A stretch of 64,000 nt of DNA from Eledone cirrhosa (lineage: Eukaryota): NCBI GenBank assembly GCA_964016885.1, contig OZ024740.1, positions 247,752,001-247,816,000 of the forward strand, given 5' to 3'. Every line of letters begins with the position of its first letter. Positions within the stretch are counted from its first letter, which is position 1. The notes below the pieces were generated by a model that had not been told where the DNA came from, made no database searches, and saw nothing but the letters and a program-made list of their open reading frames with translations. The translations under genes were made by a program, and so were the position numbers. Positions 1 to 14,050 of the stretch are shown here, piece by piece.

Positions 1-118
1 CCTTTACGGTATGAGTTCAAATCCCGCCGAGGTTAACTTTGTCCTTCATCTTTTCGGGGACGATAAAATACACTGGGATAATTGCTGGCCTTGTGCCAAA
101 ACTAGAAACAATTATTAT
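1..118 (+). mobile_element. tRNA-derived SINE, 3' part (cut by window start)
   Basis: B box GAGTTCAAATCC, core similar to gcctttcatccttacggggtcgataaaat, 3' end ggccttgtgccaaaactagaaacaattatt; matches the other copies in the window. Confidence 0.85.
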
Positions 119-147
119 ACAATCACTCAGCTATATCAACCAATTTC

Positions 148-331
148 GTTGGCAGTATCGGTAGAGGGTCGGACGCCATGCTTTGACGCATAGAGTTACG
201 GCCCTTGCCATTCTGAGTTCAAATCCCGCTGAGGTTAACTTTGCCTTTCATCCTTACGGGGTCGATAAAATAAAATACCAGTAATGCACTGGGTAATTGC
301 TGGCCTTGTGCCAAAAAGTAGAAACAATTAT
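148..331 (+). mobile_element. tRNA-derived SINE, near full length
   Basis: A box TGGCAGTATCGG, B box GAGTTCAAATCC, conserved core, 3' agaaacaatta. Confidence 0.9.
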
Positions 332-953
332 ATATCTAACAAATGCTCAGACGCCCTTCAAAACCAAAATACTTTAGAAAAACGAGAAATTGTTATTTAG
401 CGTTCAGAAACCTTCTCCAATTGGTATCAGCGAAGTTTTGTAACAGAGTCATTTGATACTTTTTCAATTAATTCGTTAACTTTTTAACAACCTTTTAACT
501 ATACGTATATTACTTTACTAGCTTCGTTGAGAAATTGCTGCCATAGAATATGTCTGAGAAAAACTAATATGTATGATAGAGGAGATATCCATCTAAGAAG
601 TAATTTCTCTCTGGTTCACTTAATGCTAAATGCAGGGGAAGCAAATAAAGCTTTTGTACTGTTATAGCTGATATGAAATGGCATGACTTTTCGTTCATGC
701 AGAAGGATTCTGAGAATTGCAGTTCTGGGAAAAAAGAATTGCGTAGTATGTGAACAAGAAAGTGTGAAGGAAAGAGGAGAGACGTGTTTGGATTGAGAAA
801 ATATGTAGAGGTTAGTTCAGAATAACTGAGTCCACTGTGGTAGTGATAGAAAAGCTAACAATTATTGTGTGTTGGTGAGTGAACCCTTGTTAATCAGTGC
901 AATTATCTAGAATATGTGTGTAGGAACAACACCGGTCAATGGTCAGCTCCATG

Positions 954-1083
954 CAAAGCTGGAAAATAAGTCCAGGCTAAATTTGAAATGTATGCCCCAA
1001 GACTAGTAATAGGTCCAGACCAAAATAGAATGTAGATCCCAAAGCTGGAATAGGCCCAGGGCAGATGTGAAAAGTAGGCTCCA
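954..1083. repeat. Degenerate minisatellite, about 3 units of ~42 bp
   Basis: Recurring caaagctgga(a)ata(a/g)g(t/c)ccag...aa(t/a)gta unit. Confidence 0.55.
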
Positions 1084-2154
1084 TTTCATACTACTTGTTA
1101 AGTATTTCAGTAATTAAGCTTTGTAGCATTATTATACAGTGTTACGCTAAAACGTCCTGATAATTATGTTAAGAATATTGTATCCGTAGAATATTCAGCC
1201 ACTTGCACGAGTAGGCTGTTCCGTTGGCGGAACAACTAGAACGCTCATCACCAAAACCTACCAAATCCATTTATCTTGAGAGAAATCACCAGAGACCTAT
1301 TATTTCTTAAAATTGCTGAACGGCAGTTAAACAATAATACGGAAAAAATAAATTCCGATTAAGTGTACATGTATGAAGGGGATGCTTCTTTTGCGTCGGT
1401 AAATTATGTATAAAAGAAAAGAATTAGCGTTGAGGGCAGCCAGATAAAATACTGTAACGTATAAGCAACGATAAAGTGAAAATATGATACGCTTCCATGA
1501 CTAGCTAGTATAGCCTTCATTAGTGTATTATCAGTTATTGTTAACATAAACAATGTCTTGACGAAAGCCAGCCAATAACATCTAAATTGGCATCTTAGAA
1601 AAACATCGAAATACGAAACAGTCTAAAGCTAAATTTTAAGTAAATAAAGATTCATTTTTGTAACTTTTACTCCTTCCTACTAATAAATACTGCAATGACA
1701 GTATCAAGAATCTAACGAATTGCAAGGGGAATTGAATATTATATAAAGTACTCTAAAACTTTTCTTTTCAACATTTAGCCTTAAATATACTTTCTTCTTT
1801 TTTTTTTTTTTTTTGCTGTTTAGTCAGGGAGAGAAGAGCAATATTTATTACCCTTTCCGATGAATCCGAAACTGGTTGCAGAGAAGGGGAAACCTGGCCC
1901 GAATACTTGCAACAAAGTAGACTCCGCTGAAGACAAATTTGAACAGTTTTATAAGCATGCTGAACTCGTCAGCATTTGTTTTTTTTTTATATACATATTT
2001 TTCCTTGCTACGAGCCAAAATGTGTGGCAGACTTTATCAGTGACCCGGCTTTACGTTACTACCACTTGGCCATTGAGTGTCTTTAGTGGAATCTACTATT
2101 TGGTCGCTCTCTGGGGCCTTAAACGGTCATTGACACTGTTCTTCCCTCTCTGAC

Positions 2155-3130
2155 TGCACAGGTGGGAGTGGGGATACTCACAAGCCTCTGGCTGTCAGAA
2201 TGTGTTATGGATTAGATCCCATTAGAAGAGAGGCTTTGCCTCTTGAAGCTTAGGCTGAAAGATAGGTCTCTGTGCGTGGTGCATGTTTACGCACCAAACA
2301 AGGAATCCGAATACAAGTCCTTACTTTATGAAGTCACTGTAGCGTTAGATGTAGTTAAGACTGAGTCATGTATCCTGATGGGAGACTTCAATGCACATGT
2401 TGGCACTGACCACCTGGCATCGAAAGGTGTGATGGAAGGAATGGCGACCTCGGTATAAACACGTGTGGAGAGGCCCTACTAGACTTCTTAACTATCAATG
2501 GACTCTCTATCATGAACACCTTCTTCCAGCACAGAGACACACATAAATATACATAGTATAAGGAGAATTAGGGACAGAGATTAATAATTGATTTTGTTAT
2601 TGTCTCTGATCTCCTTGATGTTCATGTTAAGAAAGGGGATAAGTTGTCAATTGATCACCATCTGGTTATCTGCAACTTGAGATTATGTAAAGCCAAAGAG
2701 GCCCACAAAACCGGCAGGTCCAGAGTGACCTACTGGATAAAGTGGGAAGCATTGGTGGATAAGGGAATCAGGACCAGGTATGCAGATACAATGCATCCAA
2801 ATTCAGAGAACTCCCTGAGCAAACTGAGGACATTGAGACAGAGTGGAGATTGTTCAGCTCAGCAGTTTCAGCTTCAGCTGTTAGATGCTGCAGGGAAAAG
2901 AGGCTTGGTCTGGCACCGGATGGCAGGAGGACACCTTGGTTCAATCAAGAGGTCAAAGATGAGACATCCGAACAAAAAAGGATGCCTCCAAAGCTTGGCT
3001 TGGAAATAAGTCCTACTTCTTGCACTTGTGGTACAAGCATACACAAAAGATTGCAGCAGAGACAGTAAAGGCGTCCAAAGTTAAGACATAGGCGGACTTT
3101 GAGGTTAAGCTGGAATCCGACTTCGTAATA
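2155..3130 (+). mobile_element. Decayed RTE-like non-LTR retrotransposon, APE endonuclease region
   Basis: Motifs VHVYAPN, ILMGDFNAHVG, IDHHLV, RTPWFNQEVK across frameshifted ORFs 2243-3068. Confidence 0.75.
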
Positions 3131-3499
3131 AGAAGCACTCTTCCACACCTACGTTCAGAACCACTACTTTAGTTCATTCATAAACTCATACACATATTTT
3201 GCTGACCCTACCTCTTCAACTAACGTATTTAATTAATCATACTCTGCTTATTCCATTTAACTAATTTTTATTTATATTTTGGGAGTCATGTTGTCCTAAT
3301 ATTGCCAGAAATATATAAAAAGAACACACTCACTGTTTGGTTTGATTTTCGCTTCAGTATATTTTTATATTTCTATAAATAATCATTGATTGACCAATAG
3401 TTAAAAATATGAATATAAATATAATTTTCAAAGTTCTTTCGTCACACATATCTGTAACTTTTTCATTGATTATCGTGTTTCCTCGAGTTGTGTTCCTAT

Positions 3500-5185
3500 A
3501 AAGTTTTTTTATTTTATTTATTTTTTATCTATTGTCTGTGTTTGCGCATGCGTTTGTGTGTGTGTATTCTGTTTGATGTGTACTTGTGTGTTCGTTTCTG
3601 AGTCTGTGCGTTTATGCATTTATATTTTACCTTTGGTCACTAATGTGTGGATGTTGTTATTGCATCTGTGTATATTTATACTCAATCTTAAAGTGTTTTG
3701 GAGCATGGTTGTTGTTATTCCATTCATGTTTTCTGTTTAGCCTAGGTTTTCTTAATTCTATTTCTGTAGCCTCCCTAATTTGTCTAATTGTCGAGTCATT
3801 CCTATGTTCATATATTATTTTAACTTCTATGTTATCTATTTTACCATCATGTATTAGTCTGGCGTATTCATATAGTACTGAGTTGTCTTTTTGTCCTTTT
3901 AGTTCACTCTAGTGTTCCTCTCTCCTACGCTACAGGCTGTCTCTCCTATGTATGTCGCTGTCATGTTTCTGCAGGTACCTTCTGTGCATCTTACACTATA
4001 GACTACATTTTTAGTTTTACTATTTATTTGTGTACATATTCTATATATTAGTGCAGCGGGTTTTCTTTACTGAGCAGGAATTTTATGGTAGTGCCTGGCT
4101 TTTCTACCACTTTAATATTTAAATCGTTCTTTCTAAATTGGCTGGCTAGTTCACCTCCATGGGTAGCATCCACGAACATATATCTGGTATCTCTGGTTGT
4201 AGTACCATGCGTTGACTTTCCCTATCTTTTGCCTAGTCCTATCTATGCTATTCTATGATTTGCTCCTGTACAGCGGGCAAATCCCTTTAATGTCCATCTC
4301 TATGGACGGTCTTTTATTTCGCCATGGCCCCTTTGTACACTCTGATTCTGTATCGTTGGTTGAGAACTGCATGCGATGGATGGAGTGTTGTACGTGTCTT
4401 TCTAGTTCAGTTGGATGGATCGCACATGCGGGACACATTTTTCATCACTTTGACTAAGTCTGCGATCAGGATATTAAACTTAGCACTATTGGACATCGCT
4501 GAGTTTTTGTGTATTAGGTATTTGGAGGCCATGGTTTTAGCATAAAGTAAATAGAGGATTTGAGCTTTCTCGTTTATAATATGTAACCAGAGTTCAGTGT
4601 CTAATACTGGTAGTTTATTGTTAGGGTATTTGGGAGGGTAGTCGATAGTGACTGTGATGCTCTGGTGTATGGAGTTAACTATTTGCTCGATGCTCTCTAT
4701 GGTGTTAGCTTCTAATTCAGGCTCTTGGGTATTTTCTTGTGGGGGTGTTTTTATTACTATATTAATGTCATCTACATAAAGAGAGTACATGATGAGGGCT
4801 ATGGAGTTCTTTGCTAGGCGTTCTTTGAGTCTCCTTCCCAACCGTACCATAAATTGTTTGACAACATCGCCAGCTATGCTGACGCTGATGGCTGCCCCTT
4901 CGTCTTGGGTGCATGGCCGCTCCTGACATTCTGCTGGATTTGTCTGTAGGTTGACGCACTACCTCACCATCCCTTGTGCGCTGCATGAGGCTATGTAGGC
5001 CTTCTGTAGGTTTTCTCCCAAGTTAGTGGACCTCTGATCTGTTCAGTCTCCTAGTATATTGTTCCACTATCTGTTTAAGTGAACCGTGCTTAGTTTTGAT
5101 CGTTTATCTGTTGTGGTTTACCGACTCTTTTATTGAACGGCAATTTAGTGGGATATTGTTCATATTGTATGTTTTGTCAAACGGG
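3500..5185 (-). mobile_element. Decayed Penelope-like element (RT plus GIY-YIG remnants)
   Basis: ORF 4407-4850 has SLYVDDINIV and LPVLDTELW; minus-strand VVYSVRC...TYIGETA GIY-YIG-like motif near 3930-4010; boundaries approximate. Confidence 0.75.
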
Positions 5186-5391
5186 TTTTAAAACAGATTC
5201 TTTAAGGGGATGTTATTAAATCTGCCGTTGTTGTTGTCGTATTTTTTAGTGTGTACTATTGCTGCATTGTTGTTATTATAGTTGTTGTTGTTCTCTTTAC
5301 TGCTACTGTTGTTGTTACTGCTATTTCTATATCTACTGCTATAGTTGTTGTTCTTGTTAAACCTATTATCATCATCATTATTATTATTGCA

Positions 5392-5690
5392 TCTATTTTT
5401 TATCATTCCTAGAGCAACTATTATTATCGGTATTGTTTCTGTTTTCATTTTCCATATTCGAGTTATTTTTATCTCTAAATCTTTATATTTGGAGATATAT
5501 TGTCGTCTGTGGGGATAGATACAACTATTAGAAAGCATTTTCCTTTGTGGTCTTTGACTATAATATCTGGTCGGTTGGTTTTGATCTCTCTGTCTGTATG
5601 TATTGGCATATCCCAGAGAATGGTTGCTTTGTCATTATCTCACACTTTTTCTGTTGTGTGTTTGTACCACCTTATTCTTTGCATTTAGTT
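5392..5690 (-). mobile_element. R4/Dong-like RLE-type non-LTR fragment (endonuclease C-terminus)
   Basis: NRPDII and KYKDLEIKITRIWKMKTETIPIIIVALG motifs; flanked by (ATT)-rich sequence. Confidence 0.75.
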
Positions 5691-5732
5691 CAGTAATATT
5701 ATTATTATCTTTCATTATTGTTTCTGAGATAT

Positions 5733-5838
5733 CAAATCCCGCCAAGGTTAACTTTGCCTTTCATCCTTACGGGGTCGATAAAATAAAGTACCAGTAATGC
5801 ACTGGGTAATTGCTGGCCTTGTGCCAAAAGTAGAAACA
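5733..5838 (+). mobile_element. 5'-truncated SINE with 19-bp target-site duplication
   Basis: attattgtttctgagatat at 5714-5732 and 5839-5857; empty-site paralogue at ~13568. Confidence 0.9.
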
Positions 5839-5845
5839 ATTATTG

Positions 5846-7222
5846 TTTCTGAGATATATGCCGAGTGTCTTCCTGACACCTAGGGCAAATAAATTCAGTG
5901 TGCATTGGTAAGCCAGTTAATACAGCACATTGATTATAATTTTAAAAAAATAAAAAAAACAGTATACATATATACACATGTGCATATGCATATGTAAATA
6001 CAAGGAGGGATATAAATCTTACAGAGATAGTGCTCTTCTCAATACGTGTGCAGTACCAGTCAAAACAATGTTTTGCACCTCGTGCAGAGAGGGTAAATCA
6101 AATATTGTTCTGTTCTTTTCTTGATCATTCCCAGTCCTCCCACAATCACTGGTATTGTAACGGCCTTTTCTCAGTTTCAATAAGCAGATCTTTATATTTT
6201 CGTAGCTTGTCAAATTCTTTTGCGGCGATATTGTGATCACATGGGATGATCATATCTATCAATAAACAGACCTTGTTATGTTGATCTTTTATAACGATGT
6301 CAGGTCTATTTGCTTTTATGGTACTTTCAGTATGTACAGGAAAGTCCCAGAGAATTGTTACTTTTTCTCCTTCAGTTACAGCCTCAGGGTGATGATTGTA
6401 CCACTTGTCTTCAGCTTTGATTTTGTAATGCCGACATATTACCCAGTGTGGATATTGGCCAACTCTGTCAGGTCTATATTTGTATTCTACTGGTGCTAAA
6501 ACTTTACATCCAGAGACTAAGTGATCCACTGTTTCAACCTCAGCATTGCAGAATCGGCACTTTGGGTTTATACCGTTTCTCATCACATTGGCCTGGTAAT
6601 TACGAGTCAATAAGCTTTGATCTTGGGCAGCTAAGATGAAGCCTTCCCTCTCCGCTTTTAGCCCTGAACTACGTAGCCACTGATGGGTGTGCTTTTGGTC
6701 AACATCAGCTTGTTTGCTACGGGCCACATATTTGCCATGCAGAGGTTTCTGCTCCCAATTTGATGCTAATTGTCCTTGCCCATTTGTTTTTGCCAGTGAT
6801 TTTATGTGCCTAGCAGCATCGGTTGCAACAGTTTCTTTAGTCTGTCCAGCCTGGGTATCAATCATGTGATCAGTAGCATATTTTTTGCTCTCCTTCTAAA
6901 TAGAATGAAGCTTCTTACTTCTCTCATGCTTTTCAACAAGTTTCAGCATGCAGTCGTTAGTTGTTTCAAGGTATTTGGCCAGTCCAATGATGGTGGTCTT
7001 GTAAGCAAGTTCAAATTGGATCAGGCCCCGGCCTCCTTGAGTTCTAGGAAGGTAAAGACGATCCACATCTGCTTTTGGGTGGTGCATCCTATTACAGGTC
7101 AGTAGCTTACGGACTTTGGTGTCGATTCTTTTGATTTCACTCATATTCCAGTTCAACACACCGAAGCTATAAGTGACAACTGGGACTGCCAAGGAATTTA
7201 TGGCTAGCACCTCGTTACAAGC
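5846..7222 (-). mobile_element. 5'-truncated R4/Dong-like element (post-RT, CCHC, RLE, 3' UTR)
   Basis: DVDRLYLPRTQGGRGLI, AAQDQSL, CRFCNAEVETVDHLVSGC, NRPDIVI, GTAHVLRRAL. Confidence 0.85.
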
Positions 7223-7269
7223 TTTATTATTATTATTAATATTATTATTATAATTATTATTATAGTTGC

Positions 7270-9383
7270 ATTTATCTTGCTTTATGTTCATACGAGTTAT
7301 CACCAAGTCACAACCAGTGACCTCAAGAGACAACATGGTCCGCCATGTTCAAGAAAGAACATACATACACACACATGCATCTTTAGGTGTTTAGACTTGT
7401 GATGTACTTATATTGACAGAATCTTCCTTAGTATATGGGCAGTTCCCATTAGTACTATCTTTTGTATTTCTCCTATACGCGGGTTTCCTGGGATTTGCGA
7501 TAAGTAATCATTAGACGCCTTAGGTATCATTCCTAGAGCGCCTACAACCACTGGTATTGTTTTAGTTCTCAATTTCCACATTTTTCCAATTTCTATCTCC
7601 AGGTCCTTATACTTGCTCAATTTTTCAAATGTTTTTATAGATACATTCTTGTCTATTGGAACGGACATATCAATTAGCAGGCATACCCTCTTTTTAAAGT
7701 CCTTCAGTATTATATCTGGTCTATTTGCATCTATATTTCGGTCTGTTTGGATGCTAAAGTTCCACAAGATTGAGATGTGATCTGTTTCAAGTATGGGAGG
7801 TGGCTGATGCTCCCACCAATTCTTTTGATGGGGCAGGTCAAAATTCTTACACATTATCCAATGCATGTATGTATTGTGCAGCTTTTTTTAGGTATTCGGT
7901 TGGAGCTATAGGACTGCACATTGAAATTATATGATCAATGGTCTCTGGTTGTTTTTTACATACACGGCATAATGGGTTCCATCCATTTTTTATTATTTTG
8001 GCAGACACTGATCTTGTGCTGGTATAATCAGCCCTTCAGTCTCCGATTTCAGTCCAGAGGATGCCAACCACTGATGGGTTAAAGTTTTGTCAACATCAGG
8101 ATTGTTAGCGCTTTCTGGGTATTTTCCATACAGAGGCTTTTCTTGCCATTTCTTAGCCAGTTTCTGTAGCAGTTCTTTCTTTGCAGTTACTTTTACCTAC
8201 TTTGCTTTTTCTGTGTTTTCCATTTCAGCAGTAAATGGGACTTCTGAAATTTGTAGTCCATTACTGTATCTTTGTGCATCTTTTGTAATGGAGTATGATC
8301 TTTTGGTGCTTTCGTGTTTCAAAACGAGTTTGATCATCCAATCATGTGATTCCCTTAGATATGTAGATAATCCAATTGTTGCAGTTTTCAACGCAATATC
8401 TAACTGGATTAACCCACGTCCTCCTTCTTTCCTAGGGAGATATATTCTATCTGTATCTGCCTTAGGGTGATACATTCTGTGCACGGTTAAGAATTTTCTA
8501 ATTTTTGTATCGAGCCTACGGATCAGTTGCTTGACCAGTTGATGACATTGTAACTGTAGGATACTACTGGTATGGCAAGCGTGTTTACGGCATCGATCCT
8601 ATTCCTTGCATGAATTCGGTTCTTAAAATTGCTCTTACTCTGCGGTAACATTCCTTCCTTATCATTTCCCTCATTGTCGAGTGCTTGATTCTGTCTCCTT
8701 CACAAACACCTAGATATTTGTAAGTTTCCTCTTGATCAAGTTCTCTTATCACATTCCCCCGATCAAGATTAATGTCTGAACTTTTCAGCAGCTTTCCTCT
8801 GGTGAACGTTGCTTTGGCGCATTTATCTAGTCCAAACTCCATTTTAATGTCATCACTGAACTGCTCCACAGTGGATAATAGCCCTTGCAATTGTTCATCA
8901 TTTTTTGCAAATAGTTTCAGGTCATCCATGTAGAACAGGTGATTAATGGTTTTGTCATAGACTTTATATCCATGTTTTGTTTCATTGAGCATTTTTCTTA
9001 ATGGTATAAGTGCGATGCAGAATAAAAGCGGTGATAAAGAGTCACCCTGAAAAATTCCACAATTAATATTAACTTCTCCAGCTTCCAGTGATTTTGTTTC
9101 ACTATTCAAAAGGAGTGTCGTTTTCCATGTCTTCATACTGAATGACAAAAACCTCCTGACAACAGGGGATATTTTGAAAATCTCTAAACATTTTTCAATC
9201 CAACTGTGTGGCAAACTATCGAATGCTTTTTTATAATCTATCCAAGCAATCGATAGATTTTTGTGTCTATTATGACAATCTTCCAGTATCATTTTGTTAA
9301 CCAGAAGCTGATCCTTACAGCCATATGAGCCTCGTTTACACCCTTTCTGCTCAATGGGAAATAGGTCATTTGTTATCAGGTGG

Positions 9384-9384
<1 letters not shown>
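7270..9384 (-). mobile_element. R4/Dong-like element, RT to RLE, frameshifted
   Basis: [54 protein letters not shown]. Confidence 0.9.
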
Positions 9385-9439
<55 letters not shown>

Positions 9440-12041
9440 GGCGACCTACGTAGCAAATCGTATTATCGTGAGCTCCTCAAATGTTTGTTATTTTCAGTTT
9501 TTTAAAATTGCAATTTATCGAAAATTTATTGTTAACTGTATATAAGTTCACATACATTTATTTCTGAAAAGGACACTCAAAAAGATTGGGGCCTTGAGCC
9601 CAAAATTTAAAATTATATAATTATCAAACAAAAAATAAAATATTTCTTTGAAAAATCATGGCCGACTCACAGCTGAACCCAGTAGCCCTAGAGCCTTCCT
9701 CGCAAACTAACACCTCACACCGATACCACCATTGTAAATATTACTACGTTTGCCAACACTAAAAATATAAGCAGTAGCAATATTTTAAATTTGTCTCAGG
9801 CAGACATTCATTTCCCGCCATTACCAATGACTGCAGGTGTTGAAGCCGCCACCCCCACCACCACCACAGCGACAACAGAAACAAAAGAAAAAAATAAATT
9901 ATCTCGTGATATCGAAACGAATTCAGCCAAAATGAACTCTTCCACACCGAACACCACTGACGCCACCACCACCACAACTGAAACTAAAACTAACAATAAC
10001 AAAAATAACGATAAAAACAACAGCAACAATGAGAATAAGAAAACCACCCTGAGTTTTGCCAGAGTAGCGAAAAAGTGCGAAGCATTCCAGGTAACTCAGG
10101 AGGAATTAGAAGCCAAAAAAGGGTAAAGAAAGATGGGTACAGGGTCAGCCTCCCCCAGCACCCACCCCACACACACACACCCAGCCCACCTAATAAAATG
10201 GAGCATCGGCGCCTATGCACCGTGTCTTATCGGACGATTAACATAAAATCGCGCGGAGTGGAACATGCATCCGAGTCCCAAATCCAAAAAGATTGGGACA
10301 TGTGTGGGCAAAAAAAAAACACATCAGACGTGGGCAGAAATATGGAACCGTGGGCGTGTTCTTTGAAATACCACAGGAGGCCAGAGAACACACCATGGCC
10401 CCATTAAGAAGTGACGACTTCACACTCGTCCCAAGCTATTGTGTCCAGAGTTTCGTAAAGATCAGGGTGACCCACGTTCCACCGGCCATCGAAATTCCCT
10501 GGCTAATGGCTGCCGTCCTCGCCGGCATCGAAGCCAACACCAAGATAATCGAAATAGCGAAAGAAAAGCAAAACTGGTCCGGATCTGGGATGGAGCTCCT
10601 GATCCAAGCGGACCAAAAAAGCATTGAGGAGATCCCAGAGGTAATAGACCTCACTGACGGCAGCCACCTCACCGTAATCATCGAGGGCAGAAGGCCTAGG
10701 TGTGTCGTTTGTGGTGAAGTAACCCACCTAAGGGCTTTTTGTCCTCAGGCTAAAAGGTTGAGGCCACCTCACTTACCCACCCCAGTGACTCAACCATCAA
10801 CACTACCAGCAGCAAAATTGGCAGCAACAACAGAAGCAACTGTAACAGCAACAACCCCAGCAACAGTAGCAAAACCAACACCACCACCACCCAACGCGCC
10901 AGAACTAGCACCAACGCCTACACCATCCACCACGCCACACTCAAAACCAACGCCTGTGGAGGATTTTCCACTCCCCGACCTGTCGCAACTGGAGACAGAT
11001 TGTGACGACGAGGAGTGGGAAACGGTACCAGGAAAAAAAAAAAAGAAACCAAAACAGAAAAAATTCTCTTCCCTCCCCCTCCAAAAACAAAATACAGAGG
11101 GAAACAAATAAACTATCAAACAAAAAAGTTAGGACAGCTATGCCACCATCCACACCAGCATCGCCAACCCCATCACCACAAACACCAACACCATCACCAT
11201 CATTAACCGCAACACCATCATCACCAACACCACAAAAGTGACCAAAAAGCGAAACAGAAACAAACCCACAACAAACGCAAACAAAATAAAACAACCAAAA
11301 CGATACACACAACACAGCATTAAATTTGAACAACAACCAATTATTACACTACATCCAACACAACACCAGCATCACAGAAAAAGAATACACAATAACCCAA
11401 AAGTTCACACCACCTCTACACATACAAATCACTCGCATCACACAGAAAACGTACACGACACTAAAACAAAAATTCCCCAAAGACATCGGAGACTTCCGAC
11501 AAGCACTCACCAGGAGGATTTATAAGGAAATCCTTCCCGAGGAGGACACAAGCAGTGAAAAGGATGGAGAAACCAACCTTTCTCTACGAGAAGTAAGGTA
11601 AGTGGTCTTTCCCATCTTTTCCACTCCATTTCAACATGACCTCACTCAGAATAGGCAGCATAAATGCGCGTGGCTTGGGGTCGTCATGGAAGCAGGGCCA
11701 CCTGCTCAACGACCTCAGGTCACTAAACATAGATGTAGTGGCCATCAGCGAGACCAGAATCTCCGAAGCACCGGCCTTCGCACCGATCTTCGGCGGCTAC
11801 GATGTGTACGCATCTCCCAGCCGTCCGGGATCGGGGGAAGAGTTGCTGTGCTTTTTCGGAGAGGTTTGGATCTTGCCATACGGGCCATCTTCCTGGACCC
11901 AGAAGGTAAGTTGGTGGTGCTGGACATGACCAGCGGAGACGGGCAAGCTTTCAGGTTAGTGGCCGTCTATGCCCCGACAGGAGCAGGGCGGCCTGATTTC
12001 TTCCGGCGTCTGGAGACCTTTCTTGGAACGTCCCACTCTTT
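9440..12041 (+). mobile_element. L1/Tx1-clade LINE, type A 5'UTR and ORF1, truncated within the ORF2 endonuclease
   Basis: Starts (att)n|ggcgacctacgt like the copy at 47707; CVVCGEVTHLRAFC zinc knuckle; ORF2 start MTSLRIGSINARG at 11636. Confidence 0.9.
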
Positions 12042-12137
12042 AAATAGACACACCTAAAGTTTCATATATCATCCAAAGCTTGAAACTAATGACATTAATT
12101 GTTTTTGTGTCTGTTTGTCATTATTATTATTATTATA

Positions 12138-12345
12138 ACGGCGGTGGATTGGCAGTATCGGTAGAGGGTCGGACGCCATGCTTTCCAGCATAGTTACGTG
12201 CATTTACGATCTGAGTTCAAATCCCGCCGAGGTTGACTTTGCCTTTCATCCTTACGGGGTCGATAAAATAAAGTACCAGTGATGTACTGGGTAATTGCTG
12301 GCCTTGTGCCAAAAGTAGAAACAATTATTATTATTATTATTATTG
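12138..12345 (+). mobile_element. Full-length SINE in (ATT)n
   Basis: A and B boxes, core, (ATT)n tail and upstream (ATT)n. Confidence 0.9.
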
Positions 12346-12346
12346 T

Positions 12347-13540
12347 TCTTTGAGTCTCAGTCATTGATGTTATTTAACTGGAAAGTTTGTTGAAATGAAT
12401 ATCAAGCCGCTACCGGCAGCCTCAGATATTCAGGACGTATCGGAGGGTTCTTGCTGTTCCCAGCAAGCATGCCTTTAGAAGTGTTCCAAAAAGCGGAGCT
12501 GGATGAATTTTCTTTAACCATCCTTGGAAACTCTTTGAGATAGTACCTAGAGCGCCTATCACAATCGGGACGACTCTAACTTCATGGCAGTTCTAAATCC
12601 TTTTTACCTCCAACTTTAAGTCCTCAGGCACGATCTTTTTTCCTTGTCCAAAACCACCAGGTTAGGCCTATTGTGACCCAGTTTTTTGTCCGTCAGAATC
12701 CTAAAATCCCACAGCACCTTCACCTAATCGTTTGCTATCACTGACTCTGGCTTATGCTCATACCACTTCTCGGAATGTGGTAAAGTGTTTATTTTGCATA
12801 GATGCCAGTGGATCACCCTGCCCATCACATCATGTCTCCAGCCCTTATAGTGAATCTGCGCTAGGTGTTTACACTCGGATACAATGTGAGCCACAGTTTC
12901 CTCTCTCTCTCTCCACAGATCCTACACAGTGGGCTAGCTCCTCCTTGTAAATATGGCGTTTCACCCACTTCGTTCTGAGGGCCTGCTCCTGCGCAGCCAT
13001 TAGCATTCCTTCTGTAGCCTTTTTAAGGCCTCCTCTTTTTAACCAGTTCCATGTCTGTGGATCTCTAAATTCAGTTTTCTCAAAGAAGGTACTCAAAGAA
13101 GGTACTATGAAGGGATTTTCATGAAGGTTGCTCTTCTTCCTTGTTATTTCCTCCTTGGACATCGCCTGGTCTATTGTCCTCTCCTTCAGTACAATTCTGA
13201 GCATTGGCTCCCTACTGTCAGTCACGTACTTGTGCAGGTTGTTTTTCTCCATCTGAACACAGTCCTCTATGCTGATAAGACCTCTTCCACCTTCAGATCT
13301 CCTTAAGTAGAGTCTATCGACATCACTCTTCTTGTGGAACATGTTGTAGATAGTCATTAGCTTCCTAGTCTTCCTATCCATTTCTTTTTGTTCAGCAACA
13401 TTCCATTTCAGAATTCCCGCACTGTACCTAATAATAGACACAGCTCGGGAATTTACTGCACTTATGACATTCCTACTATTTAGATGTGATTTTAATACGC
13501 TCCTTACTCTCCTATTGTACTCAGATCTTATTCCTTCATA
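12347..13540 (-). mobile_element. R4/Dong-like fragment (different subfamily)
   Basis: SDVDRLYLRRSEGGRGLISIEDC, TEGMLMAAQEQALRT, RPNLVV-like RLE region. Confidence 0.8.
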
Positions 13541-13567
13541 TTATTATTATTATTTCTATTTTCTTTC

Positions 13568-14019
13568 ATTATTGTTTCTGAGATATATGCCGAGTGCCTT
13601 GGGCAAATAAATTCACAGTGTGAATTGGTAAGCCAGTTAATACAGCACATGGATTATAATTTTTTTAAAAAATAGTATACATATATACACATGTGCATAT
13701 GCATATGTAAATACAAGGAGGGATATAAATCTTACAGAGATAGTGCTCTTCTCAATACGTGTGCAGTACCAGTCAAAACAATGTTTTGCACCTCGTGCAG
13801 AGAGGGTAAACCACCAGGAATCATTCGCAAATAATGTTCTGACCCTTTCTTGATCATTCCCAGTCCTCCCACAATCACTGGTATTGTAACGGCCTTGAGG
13901 TGCCACATTTTCTCAATTTCAATAAGCAGATCTTTATATTTTCGTAGCTTGTCAAATTCTTTTGCGGCGATATTGTGATCACATGGGTGCTCATATCTAT
14001 CAATAAACAGACCTTGTTA

Positions 14020-14022
<3 letters not shown>
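13568..14022 (-). mobile_element. 3' fragment of the R4/Dong-like family seen at 5846-6280
   Basis: Near-identical to 5846-6280 including the 3' UTR. Confidence 0.85.

Positions 14023-14050
<28 letters not shown>

Noticed and set aside
1821-2153. Possible host exon after a poly-T/AG tract
   Set aside because: No recognisable protein motif, partner exon or clear donor
12138-12235. tRNA gene
   Set aside because: A/B boxes belong to a multi-copy SINE head with no cloverleaf
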